DNA from: Candidatus Eiseniibacteriota bacterium
Lineage (GTDB): Bacteria > Eisenbacteria > RBG-16-71-46 > SZUA-252
Length of the DNA: 64,000 nt
Assembly: GCA_036505295.1 (NCBI GenBank)
Contig: DASXTQ010000093.1
Coordinates: forward strand, 5,900-69,899
Direction of reading: 5' to 3'
A program made the translations under genes and the position numbers. A model generated the notes under the pieces. The model searched no databases. It had not been told where the DNA came from and saw only the letters and a list, made by a program, of their open reading frames with translations. This document shows, one piece after another, positions 28,677 through 36,369 of this stretch (its first letter is position 1; each line of letters begins with the position of its first letter).

Positions 28677-29237
28677 TCACGCCCTGCGGGCGCGATAGAA
28701 CGCGACCGTGGTATTGGAATACGTCCGCTCCGTCGCGAGCTCGAATGTCGACGGCTCAGGTGCTTGAGCCCCTTTCCGGCGCTCATACACCACGAGCCCG
28801 CCCCCCTCGGGCCACGGAAGTCGCGCGAGGCGCTCGAGCCAGCGCGGTCCGGCGCCCCCCGCGTAAGGCGGATCCAGGAACACGAGGTCGAATGGACCGA
28901 GGGCCCCCGGCGGCAGCTCGATCCTCGAGAGATCCGCCTCGTGCACCGACGCCCGTTCGGAGAGACCCAGCCGGACCAGGTTTTCCCTCAGCGCGCGCGC
29001 GACGGGCCCGCTCCCCTCGACGAACGAGGCCTCTGCGGCGCCACGGCTCAGCGCCTCGATTCCGAGCGCCCCGGTCCCCGCGTAGAGGTCGAGGACGCGC
29101 GCCCGCTCGACCGCGCGCGGCCCCAGTACGTTGAAGACCCCCTCGCGCGTCCGGTCCGAGGTGGGACGCACCCCCCGCGCAGGAACCTCGATCTTCCGCC
29201 CGCGAAGGTCGCCCCCTACGATCCGGATCGACCCCAT
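28677..29237 (-). CDS. rsmD: 16S rRNA (guanine966-N2)-methyltransferase RsmD
   Basis: 186 aa from MGSIRIVGGDLRGRKIEVPARGVRPTSDRTREGVFN...LDLYAGTGALGIEALSRGA...VFLDPPY. The coaD-rsmD pairing is common. Confidence 0.85.
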   Translation of the reverse strand: MGSIRIVGGDLRGRKIEVPARGVRPTSDRTREGVFNVLGPRAVERARVLDLYAGTGALGIEALSRGAAEASFVEGSGPVARALRENLVRLGLSERASVHEADLSRIELPPGALGPFDLVFLDPPYAGGAGPRWLERLARLPWPEGGGLVVYERRKGAQAPEPSTFELATERTYSNTTVAFYRARRA

Positions 29238-29806
29238 GGCCCCCGTGTGCCCCCGAGGATCATCGCGATCCGATCGGCAACCTGCTCGGGCGTACATACG
29301 TCTGTATCCACGACGGCCTCCGCCGCGCTCTCGTATCCCTCGCGGCGCGCCTCGAGAAGCGTCCTGAGCCGCCCCTCGAGCGGGCCCTCGCGCAGAAGCG
29401 GGCGCGCTGCCTCTCCCGGCGAGCGAAGCCGCTCCGCCGCCTTCGCCGGATCGACCCTGAGCCACACGACCCGCGCATGCGCCTTCAAGAGCTCGCGGTT
29501 TGAGGCCTGGACCAGGATCCCGCCTCCGCACGAAAGGACGACCGGCTCGCTCCGCTCCATGACCTTGGCCAGGGCGCGCGACTCGAGGTCGCGGAAGCGC
29601 TCCTCCCCCTCCTCATCGAAGATCGCGGGAACGGACCGGCCCGCCATCCGCTCGATCTCAGAGTCGACGTCCGCGCTCGAGCACCCCAGGCGCCGCGCCA
29701 GGAGCTTCGCGACGGTGCTCTTTCCCGCGCCCGGCAGACCGACCAGAGCGATGCGCGTGACCAGAGGCTCTCCTCGGCGGTGCAATGAAAACGGGGCCCT
29801 CCCCAT
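29216..29806 (-). CDS. aroK: Shikimate kinase
   Basis: Walker A LVGLPGAGKSTVAKLLA, then D.D..IE and GGG motifs. The exact start is uncertain. Confidence 0.82.
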   Translation of the reverse strand: MGRAPFSLHRRGEPLVTRIALVGLPGAGKSTVAKLLARRLGCSSADVDSEIERMAGRSVPAIFDEEGEERFRDLESRALAKVMERSEPVVLSCGGGILVQASNRELLKAHARVVWLRVDPAKAAERLRSPGEAARPLLREGPLEGRLRTLLEARREGYESAAEAVVDTDVCTPEQVADRIAMILGGTRGPWGRSGS

Positions 29807-29862
29807 GAAGGACCCCGCAGTATAACCCGTGTGTGGCGCTCGCGAAAGCGGCGCGCCGGTGC

Positions 29863-31533
29863 TTAACCCTTCGGCGTCATCCCCTCTCCGAGAATCTTCG
29901 GCGTCACGAAGATGAGGAGCTCTCGCTTCTGTTTCGTCGTTGAATTGGAGCGAAAGAGGTTTCCGAGGAGCGGCACGTCCATGAGAACCGGGACGCCGCG
30001 CTTCGTCGTGCTCTCGTTGCTCCGGATCAAGCCGCCGATCACAGCCGTCTCGCCGTCGTTCACCATCACCCTCGTGTCGGCCATGGTCGTGTTGATGATG
30101 ATGCCTCCCTGCACCGTCGCCTGGGACGCAAGGTCGGACACTTCCGGATGGACGTCCATGGTGATCCGGTTCCCGGTGTTGATGTGCGGCGTCACGTTGA
30201 GCTTGATCCCGATCGTCGTGAGCTGCGTGACCGCGTTCCCGGCGAAGTCCTGGACGATGAGCGGGATCTGCTTGCCGACCACGACCGAAGCTTCCCGGTT
30301 GTTCACCGTCGTGATGCGCGGATTGGAGATGATGTTCGCCTTGTTCTGGGTCTCGAGCGCCTGGAGCCTCGCGTCAATGCTGGCGAACGACTTGATCGTC
30401 CCGAGCCTGGCCAGCGCGGCAGGATTGGTCACGTCGGCCGCGTTGATGTCCACGTTCTCGCTTACGCCCGCATCGAAGAGGTCGAGGTTGTGGACCCCCC
30501 ACTGGATACCCAGATCGCGCGTGGACGATACGTCGACGTCGACGAGGCGCGCCACGATCTCGACCTGCGGCGTCCTGGTGTCGAGGTTGCGCACCATGGC
30601 GTCGACCTGGTCCAGTCGGTCCGCGATATCGGTCACGATGAGGGAGTTCGAGCGGTCGTCCACCTCGATGTGACCGCGCTTGGTCAGGGTCTTCTCCACC
30701 GACCGCGCCATTTCCTTGGAGTTCGCGTAGTTCACCGGCAGGATCCGGGTCTCGAGCGGCAAGAGCTCCTCCTGCGAGCGCTCGGCCGTACGTCGCTCCA
30801 GCTCCTCCTTGCGCAGCGTGTCGAGGTTCGAGACGACGATCGTCTGGCCGCTTTCGACCATCCCGAGCCCCTGCGACTTGAGGACGATGTCGAGGGCGTG
30901 GCGCCACGGCACGTTCCGGAGCCTCAGCGTGACCTCGCCCTTCACTTCCTTGCTCGCGACGATGTTCTTGCCGCTGAACTCGGAGAGGCTCCTCAGCACG
31001 GTCTGGATGTCGGCGCCCTGCACATCGAGCGACATCCGCCGCCCGTCGGTCGGCTGCATGCGGTCGGATTCAGCCGGCATCACCGGCTCCTTGGAGGCCG
31101 GCGTCGGCGGCACCTCGACGGCGAGGACGAGATTGTTCCCGACACTGCTCAGGGCGTAGGAAGAAGCCTGCGAGAGATCCACGACGATCCGGGCTCCCGC
31201 TTCCTTGCCCCAGCCCATTTCGCTGGCGCGGACCGTCTTGACCGAGGATCCCTCGCGTCCGGACCAGGTGCGCTCGCTGAAGCCGAGCTGCGATCCTGGG
31301 CAGTCCACGACGATCCGGTCCGGCGACTCGAGCGTGAAATCGTGGTAGTTGAGCGGTTCATCCGCCTCGATGATGACCTGCGTCGCGGTACCAGCTTCTT
31401 TCATGGAGACGCCCTTGACGGTTGCCGCGAACGCCGGGGAGGCGACCGTAAGAAGAGCCGCCGTCAGCGCCGCGATCGGGCCGCCCCAGCGGCCCGTGCG
31501 CGCGAAGCTAGTTTCGAGTCGCATTCTTGTCAC
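29863..31533 (-). CDS. pilQ: Type IV pilus secretin PilQ (AMIN domain plus secretin)
   Basis: 556-aa ORF with a signal peptide, an AMIN-like N-terminus (VIIEADEPLNYHDFTLESPDRIVVD), and a secretin C-terminus (GETAVIGGLIRSNESTTKRGVPVLMDVPLLGNLF...ELLIFVTPKIL). Confidence 0.9.
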   Translation of the reverse strand: MTRMRLETSFARTGRWGGPIAALTAALLTVASPAFAATVKGVSMKEAGTATQVIIEADEPLNYHDFTLESPDRIVVDCPGSQLGFSERTWSGREGSSVKTVRASEMGWGKEAGARIVVDLSQASSYALSSVGNNLVLAVEVPPTPASKEPVMPAESDRMQPTDGRRMSLDVQGADIQTVLRSLSEFSGKNIVASKEVKGEVTLRLRNVPWRHALDIVLKSQGLGMVESGQTIVVSNLDTLRKEELERRTAERSQEELLPLETRILPVNYANSKEMARSVEKTLTKRGHIEVDDRSNSLIVTDIADRLDQVDAMVRNLDTRTPQVEIVARLVDVDVSSTRDLGIQWGVHNLDLFDAGVSENVDINAADVTNPAALARLGTIKSFASIDARLQALETQNKANIISNPRITTVNNREASVVVGKQIPLIVQDFAGNAVTQLTTIGIKLNVTPHINTGNRITMDVHPEVSDLASQATVQGGIIINTTMADTRVMVNDGETAVIGGLIRSNESTTKRGVPVLMDVPLLGNLFRSNSTTKQKRELLIFVTPKILGEGMTPKG

Positions 31534-32332
31534 CCTCTTTGGTTTGCAGGCGGATCGATAGCGATTGGGATTCGCCGAAGGCGTTCTGTACCACCTGCAG
31601 CTCGCTCTTGCTGATCCCTGAGATGTACCCGTTCACGACCGGGTCTCCTACGCGAAGCACGAAACCGCGTCCGCGGCTGTCTTCCACCAGCGCGAACTTG
31701 TCCGAGGAGCCCCACATGATGCCCACCAGGTGGATGTCCCCTACGTCCACGAGGGAACCGTCCGCCGACTGGGTCAGAAATCTCCCGTCGAGCAACGATT
31801 GGAATGGATCGCGCCGGCCGCCGCCGATGTACTCGTAACGCTCGCGAGCGAAGAGAACGCTCGCGTCCACCGATTTCGGAATCTCCCCCGACAGCGCCGA
31901 CCCGATGGGAGCGGCGGGCGCGGGCGTCTGCCCAGGCAGGACCGCAGTTGCGGGCGCCCGCGCCGATACGGCGGCGTCCGGGTTCGGCGGGACGACGACG
32001 GCGCCCGGCGTGACCGCGTCCGGAGAGCCGGCGACACGAGAGGCCGGAGCCGGTGTCGCGCGCGCCATGAACTCCGGGGGCGCGGGCGGACCATACGGAT
32101 CGGTCCGCGCCCAGGGAGGCGCAGGAGGGCCGTACATCGGCTGGGTGCGCCGGAGAGCCTGCGCCGCAGGCGACGTGGCCGGCGTCGGTGAAACCGGAGC
32201 GGTCGGCTCCTGCCGCTTCATCAAGTAAATGCCGGCCGCGATCGCGAGTCCGACCAGCGCCAAGAGCAGAATGCCGAGGCGGCTCTGGAAGAATCTACTT
32301 TGTGACAGCGCCAGACTGCTTGGCTGATTCAT
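31508..32332 (-). CDS. pilP: PilP-like pilus assembly protein with a long Pro/Ala-rich linker
   Basis: From MNQPSS it has a TM anchor, about 110 aa of P/A-rich linker, and a C-terminal beta domain (HLVGIMWGSSDKFALVEDSRGRGFVLRVGDPV). Its position between pilO and pilQ supports the call. Confidence 0.6.
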   Translation of the reverse strand: MNQPSSLALSQSRFFQSRLGILLLALVGLAIAAGIYLMKRQEPTAPVSPTPATSPAAQALRRTQPMYGPPAPPWARTDPYGPPAPPEFMARATPAPASRVAGSPDAVTPGAVVVPPNPDAAVSARAPATAVLPGQTPAPAAPIGSALSGEIPKSVDASVLFARERYEYIGGGRRDPFQSLLDGRFLTQSADGSLVDVGDIHLVGIMWGSSDKFALVEDSRGRGFVLRVGDPVVNGYISGISKSELQVVQNAFGESQSLSIRLQTKEGDKNATRN

Positions 32333-32903
32333 TGGGTGTCCCCTCGGCCAGCGTGTACGCGGTCGCGACGAAATCGGCCTGCACGGTTTCGTCGAGGTCG
32401 CCCTTGTCAAAGCCCTTCAGCTTGAGCTGCGAGACGTTCACCAAGCGGCTCAGATCCGAGATCTCGCCCAGGAATGCCCCCGCGCGATGAAATCCGCCGG
32501 TCACCGAAACCTGAACGGGGTTTTCGGTGAAGTACGTCGACGGCTTGGGATCGCCGGGCTTGAAGAGCAGGAAATGCACGCCCGATTCCTGCCCCGCGAT
32601 CGTCACCTTGCGAAGAAGGCTCGCGACCTCCTTCTGGGTCGGCAAAAGCTCCTGGGCCACCATCCAGCGCTGATTCAGAAGCTCGAATTCCTTCTTGAGC
32701 TCCGGGAGCCGATTCACGAGCTGCTGCGCCTTCGTGAGCTCGCTCATCTTCTGGGTGTACTCCCCCTTCAGGGTGCTGATTTCCTTCGTGCGCGCCCGGT
32801 AGTTGAACGGGACGTAGTCCGCGATGATGTAGAAGTAGATCAGGACGCCGATCCCGGCTCCCATCAGAATCAGCTTCTGGGTTTTCGGATCCTTGAGGTC
32901 CAT
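32295..32903 (-). CDS. pilO: Type IV pilus assembly protein PilO
   Basis: 202-aa ORF with an N-terminal TM helix, a coiled coil and a ferredoxin-like C-terminus. It sits in the conserved pilMNOPQ order. Confidence 0.8.
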   Translation of the reverse strand: MDLKDPKTQKLILMGAGIGVLIYFYIIADYVPFNYRARTKEISTLKGEYTQKMSELTKAQQLVNRLPELKKEFELLNQRWMVAQELLPTQKEVASLLRKVTIAGQESGVHFLLFKPGDPKPSTYFTENPVQVSVTGGFHRAGAFLGEISDLSRLVNVSQLKLKGFDKGDLDETVQADFVATAYTLAEGTPNESAKQSGAVTK

Positions 32904-32928
32904 CGTCCTCCCCCCGCGCGCCGCTGGG

Positions 32929-33477
32929 CTACAAGGTCATCAACGCGGTGACTTTGAACTTCACCACGTTGCGCTGATCGATCGTGCCCTTCTCCGCCAC
33001 CAGCAAGTCCACACTTCCGTACAGGGGGCTCGCCTCGAGGCGGGTCATGAAATCGGCCACGAGCAGATTCGAAAACGTCACGCCTTCGATCTGAACCTTG
33101 TTGCCGGTTTCCTCGTAGCTCGTCAGCCACAAATGCTCCGGCACGCACCGCGACAGCTCGTCGACGAGCATCACGCGCTGGAGCCGCGTCTTGTCCAGAT
33201 CCGCGATCACGTTCAACCGCCGCGTGAGCTCCTCCCGCTTCAGGGTGAGCTCCTGGATCGTCTGGATCTGCGGCCTGAGCTTCGCCGCCTCCTGATCCGC
33301 CCGGGCGATGTCCGATTTCAGCCGCCCGATCTGAAGGGTCTGGAACACCGAGATCGAGCCGAAGAGCGCGATCACCAGGAGGAGCACCAGGACGGGCATG
33401 AGCGAGCCGATCTTCGGCAGCTGCATCTTTCGCCGCGTCTTGCGTTCGTCCCGGGGCAATAGGTTGATGCGAATCAT
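32929..33477 (-). CDS. pilN: Type IV pilus assembly protein PilN
   Basis: The MIRINLLPRDERK N-terminus is the conserved PilM-binding INLLP motif. A TM helix follows. Confidence 0.85.
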   Translation of the reverse strand: MIRINLLPRDERKTRRKMQLPKIGSLMPVLVLLLVIALFGSISVFQTLQIGRLKSDIARADQEAAKLRPQIQTIQELTLKREELTRRLNVIADLDKTRLQRVMLVDELSRCVPEHLWLTSYEETGNKVQIEGVTFSNLLVADFMTRLEASPLYGSVDLLVAEKGTIDQRNVVKFKVTALMTL

Positions 33478-33485
33478 GATTCCCC

Positions 33486-34514
33486 CTATCGAAGCGCGAG
33501 GCCGATGGCGACGGTGAGCACGGGAGCGACGCTCTCGACGCTATCGCCGTTGAAGAGGCCCGCGTCGTAGCTCAGTTTCTGAAGCGGATTCACGACGTCC
33601 ACGGGAACCTGGTGCCTCGTGTTCAAGAATTCCTTGAGGCCAGGGACGCGGGCGGATCCACCCGAAAGGAGAATGCGGTCGACGCGCTCGGCTTCCCCCG
33701 AAGACTTCAAATAGGCGATCGCGCGATCGAGCTGCACCGAGAGATCCTCGCACGCGGTCTGGATGATCGGCGCGACGTCGATGGCTTGGTCCCCGCGCCC
33801 GCGGATCGCGTTCAGCGCTTCCGCCTGGCTCACGTTGTACCGGCGCTGGATTCCCTCGACAAACGCGTTCGAACCGACCGAGAGATCTTTCGTGAAGTGC
33901 GGCACCTGATCTTCGACGATGTTCACGTTGGTGATCTCGGCCCCGATGTTCACCAGCGCGACGACCTCGTTGGGCCGCAGGTCGTAGTTCGCTTCGACGG
34001 CGTTCTGGATCGCGAAGGAGTCCACGTCGATGATGACCGGCGTCAGACCCGCTTCACGGATGATGTCGGCGTGGTTCTGGATCATTTCTTTCTTCGCCGC
34101 CACGAGAAGCACCATCATCTTCTTCTGGTCGACGTTCGGATTGAGGATCTGGAAATCCAGCGAGACGTCGTTGATGTCGTAGGGGACGTGCTGCTCCGCT
34201 TCCCATTGGATCGCTTCTTTCGCGTCTTCCTCGCTCAAGCGATCCATCAGGATCTTCTTCACGATGACCGCGCGGCCGGAAACGGCGGTGGCCACGACGC
34301 GGTTCTTGATTTGGCGGGACTCGAGAAGGTTCGTGATCGCCTCGTGCACCAGCTGGCGATCCATGATCTCTCCGTCCACGATCGCTTCCGAGAGCGGCTC
34401 TGAGATGCCGAAATTGATCAACCGGTCTCCGGAGCGGTCATGCGCGATCTCGACCACCTTGATCGAGCTGGATCCGATGTCGAGCCCTACCGTGCTCTTT
34501 TTCTTACCGAACAT
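33486..34514 (-). CDS. pilM: Type IV pilus assembly ATPase-like protein PilM (actin fold)
   Basis: 342-aa ORF with VGLDIGSSSIKVVE, IIDVDSFA and LLSGGSARVPGL. Confidence 0.9.
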   Translation of the reverse strand: MFGKKKSTVGLDIGSSSIKVVEIAHDRSGDRLINFGISEPLSEAIVDGEIMDRQLVHEAITNLLESRQIKNRVVATAVSGRAVIVKKILMDRLSEEDAKEAIQWEAEQHVPYDINDVSLDFQILNPNVDQKKMMVLLVAAKKEMIQNHADIIREAGLTPVIIDVDSFAIQNAVEANYDLRPNEVVALVNIGAEITNVNIVEDQVPHFTKDLSVGSNAFVEGIQRRYNVSQAEALNAIRGRGDQAIDVAPIIQTACEDLSVQLDRAIAYLKSSGEAERVDRILLSGGSARVPGLKEFLNTRHQVPVDVVNPLQKLSYDAGLFNGDSVESVAPVLTVAIGLALR

Positions 34515-34585
34515 GATCCGCTCCGTATGAGTGGTGAGATTTGCGCCCCGCGTACTTCACGCAGCGGTTCGCGGGGACCAATTTG

Positions 34586-34601
34586 AGCAAGTTCCATGCC
34601 A
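34586..34601 (-). promoter_or_regulatory. Sigma-54 promoter upstream of pilM (TGGCAT-GGAAC-TTGCT)
   Basis: The minus strand reads aTGGCATggaacTTGCTc, and the -12 element lies 71 nt upstream of the pilM ATG. It matches the TGGCAC-N5-TTGCW consensus at the GG and GC dinucleotides and the spacing. Confidence 0.7.
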
Positions 34602-34839
34602 TGGGTCACTCCGACCGCAACGTAAGTCTTAACTATATAAGAGTTTACGCCACCGTTACCCCCCTCGCGCGGTTTGCGATGCGGGCCCCGCCCGCCATTG
34701 CATCCCGCACGAGCGGCCATCCCACTGCCGTCCCATCAGACCGGCGGCTCGAAGCGGGCCGCGCCCGTGAGGAGCACCGCGAAGCCCGTTTCCCCGGGGG
34801 TCGTTGACCCGCGGAGACGCGCTTTGATACGGTGCGGCC

Positions 34840-36369
34840 ATGCATCGAAGCGTCCAGGGTGCCGCCTGGGTCGCCGCCCTCGCAGCGCTCTGGGCATACG
34901 CCCTGACGCTCTCCCCCACGGTCGCTTGGGTGAACCTCGGGGAGGACTCGGGCGACTTGCTCGCGGCCTCCGCGACGCTCGGTATCCCCCACCCGACCGG
35001 CTATCCGCTATTCGTGCTCCTCGGGCGGATCGCCTCCTTGCTCCCGCTCGGAGCGATCGCCTTCCGGATCAACCTGGTCGCGGCGATCGCGGGGGCGGCG
35101 AGCGTCTACTTCCTCGTCCGCCTCGCCTACTCCCTGTCGCCGCCCGAATCCCGCGGCCCCGGCGCCCTTCTCAGCGCGGGCGCCTGCGCCCTTCTCTATG
35201 CGTCCTCACGCGGCGCTTGGAGCCAGAGCGTTCTCGCCGAGGTCTACACGCTGAACGCCGCGTTCCTGGGCGCGATCCTCTGGCTGCTCGTGAAGGCCGA
35301 GGAAGAGCGCAACGTCCGCTTTCTCATCCTCGCGAGCTACCTCTTCGGCCTCGGGCTCACGAACCACCTGCTCCTGCTCGCCGCCTCCCCTGCGCTTCTG
35401 GTCGGGATCTGGCGGTTCTCCCGCACGAATAGAATCGGCCCCTGGGGCGCGGTTCTTTTGCCCGTTCTCGCCTTTTGGGGGCTGACGCTGGATCTTTTCT
35501 TGCCGGTACGGGCGGCCCAGAACCCCGAGTTTTCATGGGGAGCGCCGGTCACGCCGGAGCGGCTATGGTGGGTTCTCAGCGGAGCTCAGTACGGGGGCAA
35601 CTTCTTCGCGCGAGGCTTTCCGGGGATCCTGAATCACCTGATCCCGGGGCGCTGGGGGGTCGATTTCGGGTGGGGAGTTGCCCTGTTGGGGATCGGCCTC
35701 CTGCTCGCGCTGATCCGGCGCGACGGGAGGGCGGCCTCCGGCTGGGCGGCGTTTCTCGCATCCCTCGTCCTGCTCTCCGTCTACGCGATCGGAGATGACG
35801 TTGGGTACTGGATGCCCGCGGCGTGGATCGCGGCGGCGTTGGCCGCCTCGGGGTGGGCGTCCTTATGGAACGCGCCGCGATGGCGCCCGGTCGTGCGCGG
35901 GGTCTCCGTCCTGGTCCTCGCGGGGGGCGTATGCCTCGGTTTCCTCTCGAACTGGAAACGTGTCGATGCGTCCGCGGACCTCACCCCCTACCTCTACGCC
36001 CAGCACAACCTTTCGGTCGTGGAACCGAACGCGCTCGTCGTGAGCGAGTACGACGGCCGCACGTTCGCGCTCTGGTTCTACAAGGCGACCGATTTCAAGA
36101 AGAGCCACCCTGATCTCGTCGTGGCGTACAAGTATCTGCTGGTCTGGCCGTGGTACCTGCACCACCTGGCCCGGCACTATCCCACCCTTGCGGTTCCCGG
36201 CTATCCTGGTGACCTGGATGTCATGATGAATCGCCTGATCGCGCGCAATATCCGCAAGCGGCCTGTCTACCTCACGCGTGAGGATCCCGGACTATTGCCG
36301 ATCTTCCGCACCGAACGAGTGGGCGACGTCCGAATCCCGCTCTACCGCGTGCGGGAGGCGGCCCCGTGA
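34840..36369 (+). CDS. DUF2723 (TMEM260-like) GT-C fold membrane protein, putative protein O-glycosyl/mannosyltransferase
   Basis: 509-aa polytopic ORF. The N-terminal loop LSPTVAWVNLGEDSGDLLAASATLGIPHPTGYPLFVLLGR matches the DUF2723 signature as I remember it (acidic DxGE-type loop followed by GI.HP.GYPL). Confidence 0.7.
   Translation: MHRSVQGAAWVAALAALWAYALTLSPTVAWVNLGEDSGDLLAASATLGIPHPTGYPLFVLLGRIASLLPLGAIAFRINLVAAIAGAASVYFLVRLAYSLSPPESRGPGALLSAGACALLYASSRGAWSQSVLAEVYTLNAAFLGAILWLLVKAEEERNVRFLILASYLFGLGLTNHLLLLAASPALLVGIWRFSRTNRIGPWGAVLLPVLAFWGLTLDLFLPVRAAQNPEFSWGAPVTPERLWWVLSGAQYGGNFFARGFPGILNHLIPGRWGVDFGWGVALLGIGLLLALIRRDGRAASGWAAFLASLVLLSVYAIGDDVGYWMPAAWIAAALAASGWASLWNAPRWRPVVRGVSVLVLAGGVCLGFLSNWKRVDASADLTPYLYAQHNLSVVEPNALVVSEYDGRTFALWFYKATDFKKSHPDLVVAYKYLLVWPWYLHHLARHYPTLAVPGYPGDLDVMMNRLIARNIRKRPVYLTREDPGLLPIFRTERVGDVRIPLYRVREAAP

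Noticed and set aside
34804-34831. TTGACC-16 nt-GATACG as a sigma-70 promoter giving a leaderless transcript for the DUF2723 gene
   Set aside because: The -10 match is poor (3 of 6) and the inference of a leaderless mRNA is speculative. I note it only as a possibility.
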